A stretch of DNA of 64,000 nt from a virus (Duplodnaviria > Caudoviricetes): the IMG/VR virus record IMGVR_UViG_2713896750_000003, positions 1 to 64,000 of that record. The stretch is one strand, 5' to 3'. Shown here piece by piece: positions 9,742 through 19,649 of the stretch. The stretch's first letter is position 1; each line of letters opens with the position of its first letter. Position numbers and translations under genes: made by a program. A model generated the notes under the pieces. The model ran no database searches, was not told the DNA's origin, and saw only the letters and a list, made by a program, of their open reading frames with translations.

Positions 9742-10012
9742 TGATTGATTTCTCCTCAGTTAATTTTGGTATACAGAACAAGTCGCCCTTTTTAGTGCCA
9801 GAAACGAAGATACAATCGAGATCATTTCGAATAACGGGAGTGAATTCATAGACCCGAAGATCAGTGCCAGAAGCCTCCAGTCTACTAACAGATTCGGATT
9901 TTAGATGACGAGTGTTGGGGTTAAAGTAAGAGCCGTCCTCGCACCCAAAAAGAACAACAGATGAAATTGCGATAATGGAAATCGCGAAACGTTTTTTCAT
10001 ATATCCCACCAT
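9728..10012 (-). CDS. Putative lipoprotein
   Basis: MKKRF hydrophobic leader with LFGC lipobox. Confidence 0.6.
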   Translation of the reverse strand: MVGYMKKRFAISIIAISSVVLFGCEDGSYFNPNTRHLKSESVSRLEASGTDLRVYEFTPVIRNDLDCIFVSGTKKGDLFCIPKLTEEKSINENN

Positions 10013-10029
10013 AATTAAAAGTAAGCATA

Positions 10030-10045
10030 TTAAGTGATTACTTAG
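10030..10045. promoter_or_regulatory. Operator copy upstream of lipoprotein-nrdD-nrdG
   Basis: TTAAGTGATTACTTAG. Confidence 0.65.
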
Positions 10046-10267
10046 TTTTAGTAGAATAGCGAGTTTCTCGATGAGTTCAATGAGCTACCTCATTGATTAG
10101 AAGACGTATAGAGTGAGCACAAGTGACCCTATAACGTTAAGTGACTGAAATTTAATATTTATGATAGGACGTTTAAAAACGCTAATTAAGAGAGTTACCT
10201 TGATATAACCGATGAATAATAAGTTTTATAAAATGAAAGGCTCCGTCAATACGGAGCCCCTCGACGG

Positions 10268-10765
10268 TCATTGCAATGAAATAAGATTAACGCGAGACAT
10301 ATCTCGCATCAAAGCGATCTGCTCGGCGTAGACTTCTTGGATCTTTCGTTTAACTTGAGCATAAGCGCCCATCTTTCCGTATTTATCAACGCTGCGCCGA
10401 AATAGACGTTTTTTGCGCTTGCCGTCCACTCGTTCGTAATACTGAAACTCATAGACGTTAAGCTTTCGACCGTTAGATTCGATTCGCTGAACCAGTCTAG
10501 GCTCAAGATTATGAGGTAAACCGGTTATCAGTGCTTCATCCTTCAGAACTCGCGTCCAATGCTTACCCCAAGCCTCTTTGCCGATCTTGTTTCTTACTTG
10601 AATCGCTTTCTTTAGCCCTTTCTTTTGCCCAAGCTTTACACAGCCTACAGACGCATGCTTTACAGTGTCGTCCGGCATATGAACGTGAATTTTATACGCT
10701 TTACCATCAGAGCGCAGACTAATAAATCGCTCTCCGGTGTTTGTCTCGTAATTACACTTAATCAT
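10268..10765 (-). CDS. Basic protein, possibly tandem AP2-like DNA-binding domains
   Basis: K/R-rich; two segments of the type SV.K.G...A...A...R seen in AP2 domains; GGCTCCG/CGGAGCC hairpin downstream. Confidence 0.45.
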   Translation of the reverse strand: MIKCNYETNTGERFISLRSDGKAYKIHVHMPDDTVKHASVGCVKLGQKKGLKKAIQVRNKIGKEAWGKHWTRVLKDEALITGLPHNLEPRLVQRIESNGRKLNVYEFQYYERVDGKRKKRLFRRSVDKYGKMGAYAQVKRKIQEVYAEQIALMRDMSRVNLISLQ

Positions 10766-10804
10766 AATGGAAACCGTGAATCCCAGTTATTGGCAATAAT
10801 ATAA

Positions 10805-11404
10805 TTAAGCCGCTGCCAAAATTGCAACAGCCTGAATAAACTGATCGGTTAGAATACCTGCATGAACCGCACCAATGGCATCTGCCAAATGCTCATTCTT
10901 AGCTGTTAATACAGATTTCCCATTTCGCTTTACAGTGAGCCAACTGGCGTCAGGATAAGCTTGCGTAGCCCAGTCTATCATGTCCTGCTTAGACGCTGTC
11001 TTACAACCGACGGCGGCGAGTTTCACCTCCGTAGGAGTGACCTGAATCATAGGCTTGTTGATAGAGGCGATGATCCCTACACAGATCCCGTAAGACGCCA
11101 TAGAGCGAGCGGATTGAGAGCCAACAGGCACCTCAACAAAAACCATATTCACGTCTTTTAGCATTTCATGAAGAGCCTTGTGCAGACTCTTGGCGCGACG
11201 AATATCATCACTATTTTTTCGAACAACTTTGGCTGTTTTCTTGTCTGCCCCCTTGCTTTCTTGAAGCACCATTTGCTCAATGGTAAAAGGAAAGTCATCG
11301 TCATCAATATCGATAAACCCTTTAACCATGCCAAAGTTTTGCAACGAAGGGTCAAGTGCTAATACTTTTAGTTTTTTCAAAGCGTCAACTCCATATTTGT
11401 TCAA
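10805..11404 (-). CDS. RuvC-like Holliday junction resolvase
   Basis: VLALDPS, FVEVP, ASKQDMI, HLADAIG acidic catalytic pattern. Confidence 0.8.
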   Translation of the reverse strand: MNKYGVDALKKLKVLALDPSLQNFGMVKGFIDIDDDDFPFTIEQMVLQESKGADKKTAKVVRKNSDDIRRAKSLHKALHEMLKDVNMVFVEVPVGSQSARSMASYGICVGIIASINKPMIQVTPTEVKLAAVGCKTASKQDMIDWATQAYPDASWLTVKRNGKSVLTAKNEHLADAIGAVHAGILTDQFIQAVAILAAA

Positions 11405-11838
11405 AACATGCCCCAGCTTGAGCCGTACTTGGCGCGATTCTGCGCCATTTGTTCCTCTCGCTCCTTTTCTTCATAGACTTCCGAGTAGCTTTCAAGGTAG
11501 GTATCGAGGTCGGTCTCAAGAAAGGATTCAACGTCATCGAGAAAGGAAGGGAAAAGTTTCTCAAGCTCGCTAGCGCTGGCCTCAATTCGCTTGTAGTCTG
11601 CGGGACGAATAGGGCGAAAGCAGAAGATAAGCTTGCCACTTTTGCCAGCGTAGACAGAAGTAAACTTGAACTGCTCACCACCCAGCAAGCCCTCTTTTCG
11701 GTACTGATCTCGACGATTTAAGGTGGTCACCATAAGAGGCTTTTCCGCTTTAAGAACTCGCTCTGATAAATCAGAGCGAGATGATAGCCGTCTAGCTACA
11801 GCCTCCAATGCATCTTTTGAGTACTTTTTAGCAATCAT
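11401..11838 (-). CDS. Hypothetical protein ending in SWGMF
   Basis: ORF coupled to sbcC and ruvC. Confidence 0.6.
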   Translation of the reverse strand: MIAKKYSKDALEAVARRLSSRSDLSERVLKAEKPLMVTTLNRRDQYRKEGLLGGEQFKFTSVYAGKSGKLIFCFRPIRPADYKRIEASASELEKLFPSFLDDVESFLETDLDTYLESYSEVYEEKEREEQMAQNRAKYGSSWGMF

Positions 11839-14405
11839 TAAATAAGCTCCTCATGACGTTCCAAATTGATTGCGCCAGAAATCGTAGAGCGACCGTCTCT
11901 TTTTTCTACAGTTGCATGCTGACGAACCCAATCACTCAATTGGTTATGCGATACAATGAGAACAGTTCCTTTCTCTTTCGCTTTTTCTTCTAGAACCGTC
12001 ATCAGTCGCTCAAGTCCGGACACATCGACGGCGTCATCAATTTCATCGCCAATCCAAAGCTCTATTGGCTTTGAAGCGCGACTTGATACCAAATCTTGCA
12101 GAGCGAGAGCGGTTGCTAGACGAACTTTGCGCTTTTCACCGCCAGAAAGAGATCGGTACGAGCCACCCCCGGTCAAGCTGGAGACTTCTATGGCAAATTT
12201 TTCGCGTATCTCACCCTTGCCCGTCTTAGTTTGAGTACTCCATACTGCCTTGATATTTCCATCTGATAACGTGCCTAAATACTTGGCCGTGCGCTCGTTA
12301 AGATAAGGAGTAACCGTGTCCAGAATGTGGGCTCGGATGCCGGAAGGAGAAAACACATCAACAACGCATCCGGCTGTCTGTAGTGCATCTTTGGCCAATT
12401 TGACCTTGTTCTCTTGCGTCTCTATGTGAGCGCCAATTTTAGTCAACTGCTCACCCTTTTCAGTAATCATGTCTAGATAAGGGTTTGATAGTGAGCGAGT
12501 CTCCTCAATTCGTGATTTGATGGCCTTTGCTTCTTTGACTGCAAGCTCTGTATCACTTCTTTTCTTAGACCATTCGTCTAATTCGCGCTGTATCGCTTTC
12601 TGACGCTCAACCTCTGTTGATATGTCAGTCATGCTAGCTTCATGTTCGGAAAGAGCTCTGCGAGCTTCTGACAGCACTGACTCCATCTTTTTGACACTTA
12701 CGCCGCACTCCTTAGCTTCAGCGATTTTAGACCTGAGCTTTTCTTCTATTGTCGACCTTCTAGAGGAGATAGAGGACTCTGTAATTTCGTGGCCGCAACT
12801 GTCACAAGCGGTACCTATCTCGCTCATTACATTTTTAAGGCGCTTACTAAGTTCCTCAGCATCGGACTTGCCAGAATCAAACAACTGGCGAGCCGATTTT
12901 AAATCGTATTCGGCTTTAGATACGGCTGCGGAGAGCTCATGATATTTTTTAGTTTCCAACTCGACGCCGGAAATACGCTTGGTGATCAGATCGAGACTAG
13001 CCCTTAACTCTTCCTCATTTGAAAGCTTGAGCTCTGAGGCTTTTTCTTTAGCGTTCAGTGTGGCGGCGCTCAATTTAGCCTCAAGCTCGCTAATTGTACT
13101 TTTGGTATTTTTCTCGAACTCATCAGACTTTGCCCTAAGCTCCGTAATCGAAGATTCTAAGCCTTCTTGTTTGGCAAGAAGCAAGGACAGAGCATGCTCT
13201 TGCTCGTCAAGTTCGGACTTGGCAGCGCTGTATCTGTCACGGGCGATGCGATGCGCAAGCTGCATCTTGTCTATTCCTGCCGCCTCTTCCACTATGGTTT
13301 TTAAGTGCTTGTCAGTAAGACTAGGGAGATCAATTTGAGACTCTTGACCTGAATATATGGCGGCACGAAACACATCTGGAGAGCACCCTATAATCTTGTC
13401 TATTTCCTCTTGAGTAGCCTTGTCTGTGCCAAGGGTCAAATCAACCACATCATCTCTATTTGTAACATCCAAAAGGAGAACGCGGTTCTTGTTGTCCTTG
13501 TGCTTTCTGTGACGAATAATGTTGTACTCACGGTCACCGTCTACAATCTGAACCAGAACTCGGCAGTTTTTACCCGCCTTGCGATTCACCACGGCATCCC
13601 CACTATCACCGCGAGCAGTTTGATTGAAAATTGCCCACTGTATGGAATCTACTATCGAGGAGTTGTGCGTGATGATATGGTCGAGTGCGTATAGATGTGT
13701 GTCATTATCGACCGAGAGGTCCATCGTTTCTTGCTTGCCGATGTTTTCAATCTTAGTGACTTTTGACCACTTAATATCAGACTCGGACAAGTCCATCAGA
13801 TCTTCGTCCTTGAAAGACTCTCGACATAGGGGTACGAAGTCATGAATTAAGCATTCTCTTTCTTCCGACTTTTTATTTATGTCAGCTTTGATCTCCCGCT
13901 CCAAATTTAGTCGATCGTCAGTCCCCTTGTCGTGAAGATGCAAACGACGAGAGGCAACTCTTAGATGTCTTGGGGCTTGTAAATAGTCTCCTATGGATAC
14001 TGAGCCTGCCTTTACTTCACCCAATTGAGAGACTACTGGATGTGTTTCGCTGACATCCTGATAGCTTCCGTCATCAAGATGAATTCGGAGAATATTCTTC
14101 TCGCCCGTATCAAAAACGTCGACAACGTTAGTTGGTCGCAGTTTTAAGTCTCGATCTAAGCCCCATACTTTTATTTTTTCGCCAGCTTCGAATCGCTTGC
14201 GCCAATTCTCAATAGTGTCTCGTTCTCCCGTTTCTGCATGCTGCAAAAGGGTATAGCGCGGAAGACACTTGCCAGCACCATTACTGTTTTGGCTACTGTC
14301 GTCATGGTTCTCGCCCTGAATTAAAACAAGCCCTTTATTATCGAGATCTATGGTGGCCTCTCCAATAGCCATAAAGTTGTCAATTTCGATTCTGTTAAAT
14401 CTCAC
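11838..14405 (-). CDS. sbcC: SbcC/Rad50/gp46-like ATPase containing an intein
   Basis: Walker A NGAGK^SS interrupted by an intein; coiled coil with CDSC zinc hook; LSGGE signature; Walker B IGDEID; SH loop. Confidence 0.92.
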   Translation of the reverse strand: MRFNRIEIDNFMAIGEATIDLDNKGLVLIQGENHDDSSQNSNGAGKCLPRYTLLQHAETGERDTIENWRKRFEAGEKIKVWGLDRDLKLRPTNVVDVFDTGEKNILRIHLDDGSYQDVSETHPVVSQLGEVKAGSVSIGDYLQAPRHLRVASRRLHLHDKGTDDRLNLEREIKADINKKSEERECLIHDFVPLCRESFKDEDLMDLSESDIKWSKVTKIENIGKQETMDLSVDNDTHLYALDHIITHNSSIVDSIQWAIFNQTARGDSGDAVVNRKAGKNCRVLVQIVDGDREYNIIRHRKHKDNKNRVLLLDVTNRDDVVDLTLGTDKATQEEIDKIIGCSPDVFRAAIYSGQESQIDLPSLTDKHLKTIVEEAAGIDKMQLAHRIARDRYSAAKSELDEQEHALSLLLAKQEGLESSITELRAKSDEFEKNTKSTISELEAKLSAATLNAKEKASELKLSNEEELRASLDLITKRISGVELETKKYHELSAAVSKAEYDLKSARQLFDSGKSDAEELSKRLKNVMSEIGTACDSCGHEITESSISSRRSTIEEKLRSKIAEAKECGVSVKKMESVLSEARRALSEHEASMTDISTEVERQKAIQRELDEWSKKRSDTELAVKEAKAIKSRIEETRSLSNPYLDMITEKGEQLTKIGAHIETQENKVKLAKDALQTAGCVVDVFSPSGIRAHILDTVTPYLNERTAKYLGTLSDGNIKAVWSTQTKTGKGEIREKFAIEVSSLTGGGSYRSLSGGEKRKVRLATALALQDLVSSRASKPIELWIGDEIDDAVDVSGLERLMTVLEEKAKEKGTVLIVSHNQLSDWVRQHATVEKRDGRSTISGAINLERHEELI
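13662..14267 (-). mobile_element. Mini-intein (202 aa) in the SbcC Walker A motif
   Basis: Starts CLPRYT (block A), SETHP (block B), MDLSV...H.Y (block F), ends THN followed by Ser; no recognisable LAGLIDADG domain. Confidence 0.9.
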
Positions 14406-14434
14406 TTTAAACCTCTTTGTAACTAACTACTTAC

Positions 14435-14863
14435 TTAATATTTGGAGTCCAGTGAATCATAATGCTCGCCCATTATTCGAATAACCTTTCGACACGTAAC
14501 TCTGTCAAAAAGACCGATATGACAGGACTCTTTGTCTATCCCTAGTTTGTCAGCAAGCCATTTGTAAGCCTCGCCTCGCTTCATTGAGCCATTTTTCCAA
14601 ATAGGGTCGAATGCGGCATGAGCGGCGCTTTTGTCTGCCCTTAATTTTGAATCTGCAAGTCGACCAAGAGGCACAATAGAATAGCCATGACATCCCACAT
14701 ACGCACGCTCATGCCCGTTTTCACAAAGATAGAAATTCTTTTTCGCCAAGTCCTTTCGGTGAGGGTAAATGACATCACCCTTTACCAAACGCGCTTCACT
14801 GCCGCAGTAAGGACAGTCAACAACTATGCGACCGTATGGCGGCTCTCGTCTGTATGCGTTCAT
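14435..14863 (-). CDS. DUF3268-like zinc-finger protein
   Basis: CPYCG, YVGCH, PLGRLAD, AHAAFDPIWK, AYKWLA, CHIG. Confidence 0.8.
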   Translation of the reverse strand: MNAYRREPPYGRIVVDCPYCGSEARLVKGDVIYPHRKDLAKKNFYLCENGHERAYVGCHGYSIVPLGRLADSKLRADKSAAHAAFDPIWKNGSMKRGEAYKWLADKLGIDKESCHIGLFDRVTCRKVIRIMGEHYDSLDSKY

Positions 14864-15918
14864 CGAGCATTCACCTCATCTGCTATTTCTTGAGAGGCAG
14901 CGGCTACATGATCGTTGTAGCCTTGCTTCTTACACCAATCTGCAATAGAAACCTTGATAGATGAGCCGGCCTCAAGGCTTGAGACGTCATCACGAGCGGT
15001 TTCAGATTTCGGTACGTGAATAATTTGAGAATAAGCGGCACCCTTATCCTTGAGATACTTTCTAATCTCCTCCACGTCCTCGTTTGTCGCGTTTTCAAGC
15101 TTAACGCGAACATAGTTTCCTGTGATGTACTCCGCCTCCTCAATCTCTCCCCAGTCTGGGTCGAAATCGACAAACTTAGGCGCTGAACTTGGGTAGTGAG
15201 TGATAACTTTACCGTTGTAAAGTAAGAATCCGGCTTTGGCACCCACATCGCTGAACGTTTGGTGTGTTAACGCACCAACAGAGCAGATGTTGCCATCAAA
15301 AACTCTATGATTGTGATAGTGGCCACAAAAAACCGCCCCAAAGCCAAACTCTCTAAGTTCAGCTACAGATAGACCATTGTCGGGAATACCGCTGATCACT
15401 CCGTTCATTGGTGCGTGAAGAAACAGAGTCCACTTTGACTTATCACCCTCTGCGGAATCATTAATGATCTTGCGCAACTCTTTCATGTTGTGAACGTAGG
15501 GGATATAAATGCGCATCTTGTGCGTATCAACGTGAACATCGGAGAAAACGGTACATCCGGCCCCCTCAAGAGCGACTGCTGCGTTTCCAAGCCGCTCTGA
15601 GTTATTGCCTTCTAAATCGTGATTGCCTGCTAGGATGTAAACGTTCATACCTAGTTCGTGAACAATTCGCTCATAAAGGTCGACAGCAGGGTTAAGAACG
15701 GATGGAGCTAAGTTCCCGCGAACGTGAAAAACATCTCCGCAGTGAATTATTGTATCGCCGCCATTATCTTTTACGGTCTTCGCTGCTCGCCACGTTTCGT
15801 CAAGAATGTGTTGCAGGCGATTGTTAATACCAGTTTCTTTTATGATGTGACTAAACGTCGCCCAGTTGTGGAAGTGACTGTCACTGATCACTCCGTAAGG
15901 CTTGATTGCCTCTGTCAT
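14860..15918 (-). CDS. sbcD: SbcD/Mre11/gp47-like metallophosphoesterase nuclease
   Basis: SDSH, GDVFH, GNHD, GHYH motifs; upstream of sbcC. Confidence 0.9.
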   Translation of the reverse strand: MTEAIKPYGVISDSHFHNWATFSHIIKETGINNRLQHILDETWRAAKTVKDNGGDTIIHCGDVFHVRGNLAPSVLNPAVDLYERIVHELGMNVYILAGNHDLEGNNSERLGNAAVALEGAGCTVFSDVHVDTHKMRIYIPYVHNMKELRKIINDSAEGDKSKWTLFLHAPMNGVISGIPDNGLSVAELREFGFGAVFCGHYHNHRVFDGNICSVGALTHQTFSDVGAKAGFLLYNGKVITHYPSSAPKFVDFDPDWGEIEEAEYITGNYVRVKLENATNEDVEEIRKYLKDKGAAYSQIIHVPKSETARDDVSSLEAGSSIKVSIADWCKKQGYNDHVAAASQEIADEVNAR

Positions 15919-16145
15919 GCGTTCTTCTCCTTTTTAAAAAACCGATTAAACGTTCGAGTGGAGCAGGTTTCGTAATAGTCGCTGTCGAATGTAGGGAAGA
16001 CTCGATAGTAAGGAGACTGACCCGGAGTCACGCTTTTCATTTTTCGGTATGCGTATTGTTCACCCAACTGGTAACCTTCAAGCCCCTTCTCGCCTCTAGG
16101 CTCAAACACACAAACTGCCAATCCAAACTCACAACTTTCGTACAT
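15915..16145 (-). CDS. Small hypothetical phage protein
   Basis: AGAGG RBS, coupled to sbcD, operator upstream. Confidence 0.55.
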   Translation of the reverse strand: MYESCEFGLAVCVFEPRGEKGLEGYQLGEQYAYRKMKSVTPGQSPYYRVFPTFDSDYYETCSTRTFNRFFKKEKNA

Positions 16146-16182
16146 AACAACCTCTCGTCTGTTAACTTTATGATTAATTATA

Positions 16183-16198
16183 ATAAGTACTTACTTAA
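16183..16198. promoter_or_regulatory. Operator copy upstream of the sbcD operon
   Basis: ATAAGTACTTACTTAA. Confidence 0.65.
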
Positions 16199-16257
16199 AA
16201 TTAAATGCAAACCAATGGAGCAAATCGGCAGTCTAGAATCAGACTGCCGATCGAGGC

Positions 16258-16845
16258 TTAAGAGATTCGGTTTATCTCATCAGTCATCGGTGTAACCATA
16301 GGAGGGGTGTAGTCGGAAGGAGACTTAAGCGATTTAATCAGCCTAATGGTAATAGCGTCGTTCTTATCACCGGATCGACGACGACACTCGATAACCACTT
16401 TTTTGTATAAATTAGAAGCATCGATAGACGGAGACAGAGACAGGCGCGAAAGAAGGTACTCAAAGTCGTATTTTATGTATTCAAGAATGACTTCCATTCT
16501 CTTATGCATAGAACGGAATCTTTCGTCACCTGGTATCGAATTTACGCTAGGGTTAGAGCGAACCAAGAATACATTCCAAGTCTCAAGAAGATCACAAATA
16601 ACCAGAGTTAAATCTCTTTCACTAAAATACTGCTTAGACGAGCCAAATCGATACACTGGACAGGTACGAACTTTAGAAAAGATACGATTGAATCCAGAAA
16701 TTTTGTCCGAAGGTCGACCTATGCCGCCTATTTCCCATTGCTGCTTGTAAAGGGAAAGAAAGTCGAACACCAACTCCTTTAGGTCGGAGCATTTGTAGTA
16801 GCGAGCGTCTGAACCATTAGAATATGGATATATCTGTTTAAGCAT
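16258..16845 (-). CDS. Hypothetical protein
   Basis: AGAGG RBS; operator TTAAGTGATAACTTAA at 16862-16877. Confidence 0.55.
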   Translation of the reverse strand: MLKQIYPYSNGSDARYYKCSDLKELVFDFLSLYKQQWEIGGIGRPSDKISGFNRIFSKVRTCPVYRFGSSKQYFSERDLTLVICDLLETWNVFLVRSNPSVNSIPGDERFRSMHKRMEVILEYIKYDFEYLLSRLSLSPSIDASNLYKKVVIECRRRSGDKNDAITIRLIKSLKSPSDYTPPMVTPMTDEINRIS

Positions 16846-16951
16846 ATTTCCTCTGCAATTATTAAGTGATAACTTAATGTTTTGTAATGTTAATCGCTAG
16901 AAATAGGTTAATCAACGAAAGATGACGGAGATAACGCACCGTCGTCTCCGT

Positions 16952-17446
16952 TTAAATTCTGGTGAGATAGATAGATGTTAACCCTTTGGCCTTAGCAAAG
17001 AAGTTCTTCCCATAAGCCTTAATAAGCTCTCGTGCCAATCCTGCAGCCGGGTTATCGAATGTTTGCCCGAGATGATTGCGAGAAGCGTGCTCCCTTAAAT
17101 GCTCGACCTTATTGCTGTCCCAATAGATTGAAGTGACTCGGGCTCGGTACATAAGATCGTTCTTCTTGTCATAAAGCCCAACAATTTGCCCAGACTCTAA
17201 CCTTTCATACCAGGCTCTACCCAGTCGAATTGTGTTAAAAGACTGCTTGTCGAGATTGGCAGGGTTTGAAAAAACAAATACAGGGATAAACTCTGCGCAT
17301 GCTTTGACACTTGAAGCTTGTGCGCAGCGATCAAAGCGCTCACAAGCGCGACACAATGCGTCCGCATGCTCTTTGCTGTTGAGAGTGTAAGTTTTGTCGG
17401 GAAGTTTCTTGAGTGAGTTTAGACGAACAGTTTGAAATGGGCGCAT
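16952..17446 (-). CDS. Hypothetical protein, possibly ASCH/PUA-like C-half
   Basis: TIRLG...GQIV.L....ARVTSI pattern; weak. Confidence 0.45.
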   Translation of the reverse strand: MRPFQTVRLNSLKKLPDKTYTLNSKEHADALCRACERFDRCAQASSVKACAEFIPVFVFSNPANLDKQSFNTIRLGRAWYERLESGQIVGLYDKKNDLMYRARVTSIYWDSNKVEHLREHASRNHLGQTFDNPAAGLARELIKAYGKNFFAKAKGLTSIYLTRI

Positions 17447-17450
17447 AAAA

Positions 17451-17497
17451 AATCCTCTGCGTGATGAGTAACAAACTCACCATATCGCAGAGGATTT
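17451..17497. terminator. Stem-loop downstream of the toxin-antitoxin operon
   Basis: AATCCTCTGCG ... CGCAGAGGATT inverted repeat, with a T run on the minus strand. Confidence 0.55.
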
Positions 17498-17514
17498 ATG
17501 GTGTCGGGTGGCAG

Positions 17515-17823
17515 TTAAGTTGCTAGATGAAAATGTTTTCCATCAATCTCGATATCAATACTCATTTTACCACCCAGAGCCTTAACATAGCGCTGAATCG
17601 TCTCTAACTTGGCGCTCTCACTCGATTGCTCAAGGTTAGAGACGGTAGGCTGCTTAACACCCATAATCTTTGCCACATCGCCCTGAGTAAGTGCAGCTTC
17701 ATGTCTTATCGCTGCCAGCTTCATGCTAACGCGTAAGGCTTCCGCTTTTTCTTCCACTTCGATGAGCTCCTCTTCGGTGAAGAGTTCATCTAATTTGCTC
17801 AAAGGTTGTGTTTTACTAGACAT
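17515..17823 (-). CDS. higA: XRE-family HTH antitoxin (HigA-like)
   Basis: LTQGDVAKIMGVKQPTVSNLE HTH; TIQRYVKALGG; directly downstream of the toxin. Confidence 0.85.
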   Translation of the reverse strand: MSSKTQPLSKLDELFTEEELIEVEEKAEALRVSMKLAAIRHEAALTQGDVAKIMGVKQPTVSNLEQSSESAKLETIQRYVKALGGKMSIDIEIDGKHFHLAT

Positions 17824-17825
17824 TG

Positions 17826-18170
17826 CTAGTCTCCTTTCAGATGGTCGCTATATTCTTTATCCGCGACCTTGATGTACTTCTTGTAGAAATTCTTTGCGCC
17901 GGGTCCATCTTTATAGCCGCCGCAAAGCAGAATACCGGTTCTTGTAGGGTCGAACGCAAAGAAGATTCTAACTGGCCTTCCTGCTATTTGAACCCGTAAC
18001 TCTTTCATGTTGCTGTGCTTTGAGCCGTTAACGGTATCAACGTTAGGACGACCTAAATTCGGTCCATCCATCTCTAGCACTCTAATCGCCGCGCGGATCT
18101 CAACTCTCTCGCCGCGTGTTAAACCCCTTACCCAATCTGAAAACGTTGGTCTTGTTGCAATATCAAACAT
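17826..18170 (-). CDS. higB: RelE/HigB-family toxin
   Basis: GPNLGRP.VDT..GSKH.NMKELR, RIFFAFDP.R..ILLCGG.K; toxin-before-antitoxin order. Confidence 0.85.
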   Translation of the reverse strand: MFDIATRPTFSDWVRGLTRGERVEIRAAIRVLEMDGPNLGRPNVDTVNGSKHSNMKELRVQIAGRPVRIFFAFDPTRTGILLCGGYKDGPGAKNFYKKYIKVADKEYSDHLKGD

Positions 18171-18242
18171 AATGATCGTTTCTTTTTATTATTTGTAAGT
18201 AGTATAGATTGCAGCCTATATAGATTGCAAACTATATTTGCA

Positions 18243-18671
18243 CTACCTTGTTAGTCGCTTAAGGGGAAGAAGAACAATGAGCCTTTCTTCTGACAGAAAG
18301 CGATAAGCGCAGGGAGCTCTGCGGATCTTAGGAAAGTCATTATGTTTTAGCGTTTTTAGTCGAGAAAGAGGGATAGAGACCTCAAGTTTGGGGTGATCTT
18401 TGCCACCCATTGTGGTGGTCTTAATCCCATCGTCGGACACCTTAAACATGAGGAACATCTTATCCTCGTCGAAATGAATTAGCTTCAGTCTGTCACAGAT
18501 AAAGTCTTGCTCGCGGAGAAGGGTTTTATCCAACATCAGCCTCATTCGAGCGCTGTTTTTAAGTACAATCTCGCCCTTATCATTATTGGTGTATGTGGCA
18601 GGGGATATTGTGATTTTAACTCGCTCGCTGGGCTCTTTTAAAACTCTCATTGTCACTTCGCTCATTACCAC
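18243..18671 (-). CDS. Hypothetical protein
   Basis: ORF overlapping the upstream gene. Confidence 0.5.
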   Translation of the reverse strand: MVMSEVTMRVLKEPSERVKITISPATYTNNDKGEIVLKNSARMRLMLDKTLLREQDFICDRLKLIHFDEDKMFLMFKVSDDGIKTTTMGGKDHPKLEVSIPLSRLKTLKHNDFPKIRRAPCAYRFLSEERLIVLLPLKRLTR

Positions 18672-18925
18672 ATCCTAAACGCTTTCACTAAACACTTACT
18701 TGAAAATGTGTAATTAAATAAAAAGAGATCTGGGCTTTTTGATGTCGTATAACCGATATGAGTAAACCTACGTCCAGCGGTGTAAAATCGACAGTAATGT
18801 TCGAGCCAAATCCACTTTTTACTGTCAGACAGTTTGTGTGGGAACCAAGAGAAGTGAATTGTGTAAGTTCCGTCCATTAAGTAGCGACGGAACTTTAGTC
18901 GATCATTGCTTAATCCAAACTGCAT
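18665..18925 (-). CDS. Hypothetical protein
   Basis: ORF with AGGTG RBS. Confidence 0.45.
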   Translation of the reverse strand: MQFGLSNDRLKFRRYLMDGTYTIHFSWFPHKLSDSKKWIWLEHYCRFYTAGRRFTHIGYTTSKSPDLFLFNYTFSSKCLVKAFRMW

Positions 18926-18932
18926 ATTTCAC

Positions 18933-19064
18933 CTACTCAACAGTTTCGATGTGCCAAATGTAACCCGGTGGCAGAGCGCGACCTATATTGGATACTTGCT
19001 CGTAAGATGCGTTGTTGAAATAACGCTCCTGACGGGAAAAACCATCAAAGTAAACTAACTTCAT
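18933..19064 (-). CDS. Small 43-aa protein missing from the ORF track (MKLVYFDGFSRQERY...HIETVE)
   Basis: ATG at 19064 with AGAGG RBS; stop 7 nt before the next gene; fills the gap. Confidence 0.5.
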   Translation of the reverse strand: MKLVYFDGFSRQERYFNNASYEQVSNIGRALPPGYIWHIETVE

Positions 19065-19151
19065 GATTGACCTCTAGTATTAGTCTTTACTTGTTCGATG
19101 ATGTTATTGTCTGACGTTATCGTAGGGTCATCACTAAGACCCTACGGCAAA

Positions 19152-19577
19152 TTAAGCGCTCCTTTGGGCCATTTCACGCTTGAAGCTGTTGTACTTTTTG
19201 ACCTCTTGCGCTGCATTAGCTATGGCTTCGTCAAGTGTTAGACCGTAAGCTGCATGGTAAACGTATCTTCCCCAGCTGTGGTATTCACAAAGCTGATCAT
19301 CAACGTTTTCAAATCTAGGGTATGGAGATTGAGCTTCGACGAGAAAGCCAAAATACTCCTTGTCTTGAAGCCACTGAATAAACTCCTCATCGAGAGTGCT
19401 TGCCGTAAAGTCACGATGAACGGGGATAACTTTGGAAACAGCCTCGATAACCTCTTCTGGAAGCTCTTGAATTAGCTCCTGACAGGATTCGGTCAGCGCG
19501 TCGACGTGTTCTGTGGCAATAACAATGCATTTGCTGATTCGAAAAGGCAGTTCCAGTGCTTCTTTTTGAATGTCCAT
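19152..19577 (-). CDS. Hypothetical phage protein
   Basis: AGAGGTG RBS; degenerate operator at 19619-19634. Confidence 0.55.
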   Translation of the reverse strand: MDIQKEALELPFRISKCIVIATEHVDALTESCQELIQELPEEVIEAVSKVIPVHRDFTASTLDEEFIQWLQDKEYFGFLVEAQSPYPRFENVDDQLCEYHSWGRYVYHAAYGLTLDEAIANAAQEVKKYNSFKREMAQRSA

Positions 19578-19649
19578 GTTTCACCTCTATTGAGATTCCT
19601 ACGTAATTGATATTTAAATTAGGCATTTACTTAGAAAGTGGAAGTCAAA

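Noticed and set aside
10046-10267. tRNA or other RNA gene in intergenic gaps
   Set aside because: Only short hairpins are seen here; no cloverleaf or T-loop consensus was recognised anywhere in the window by eye
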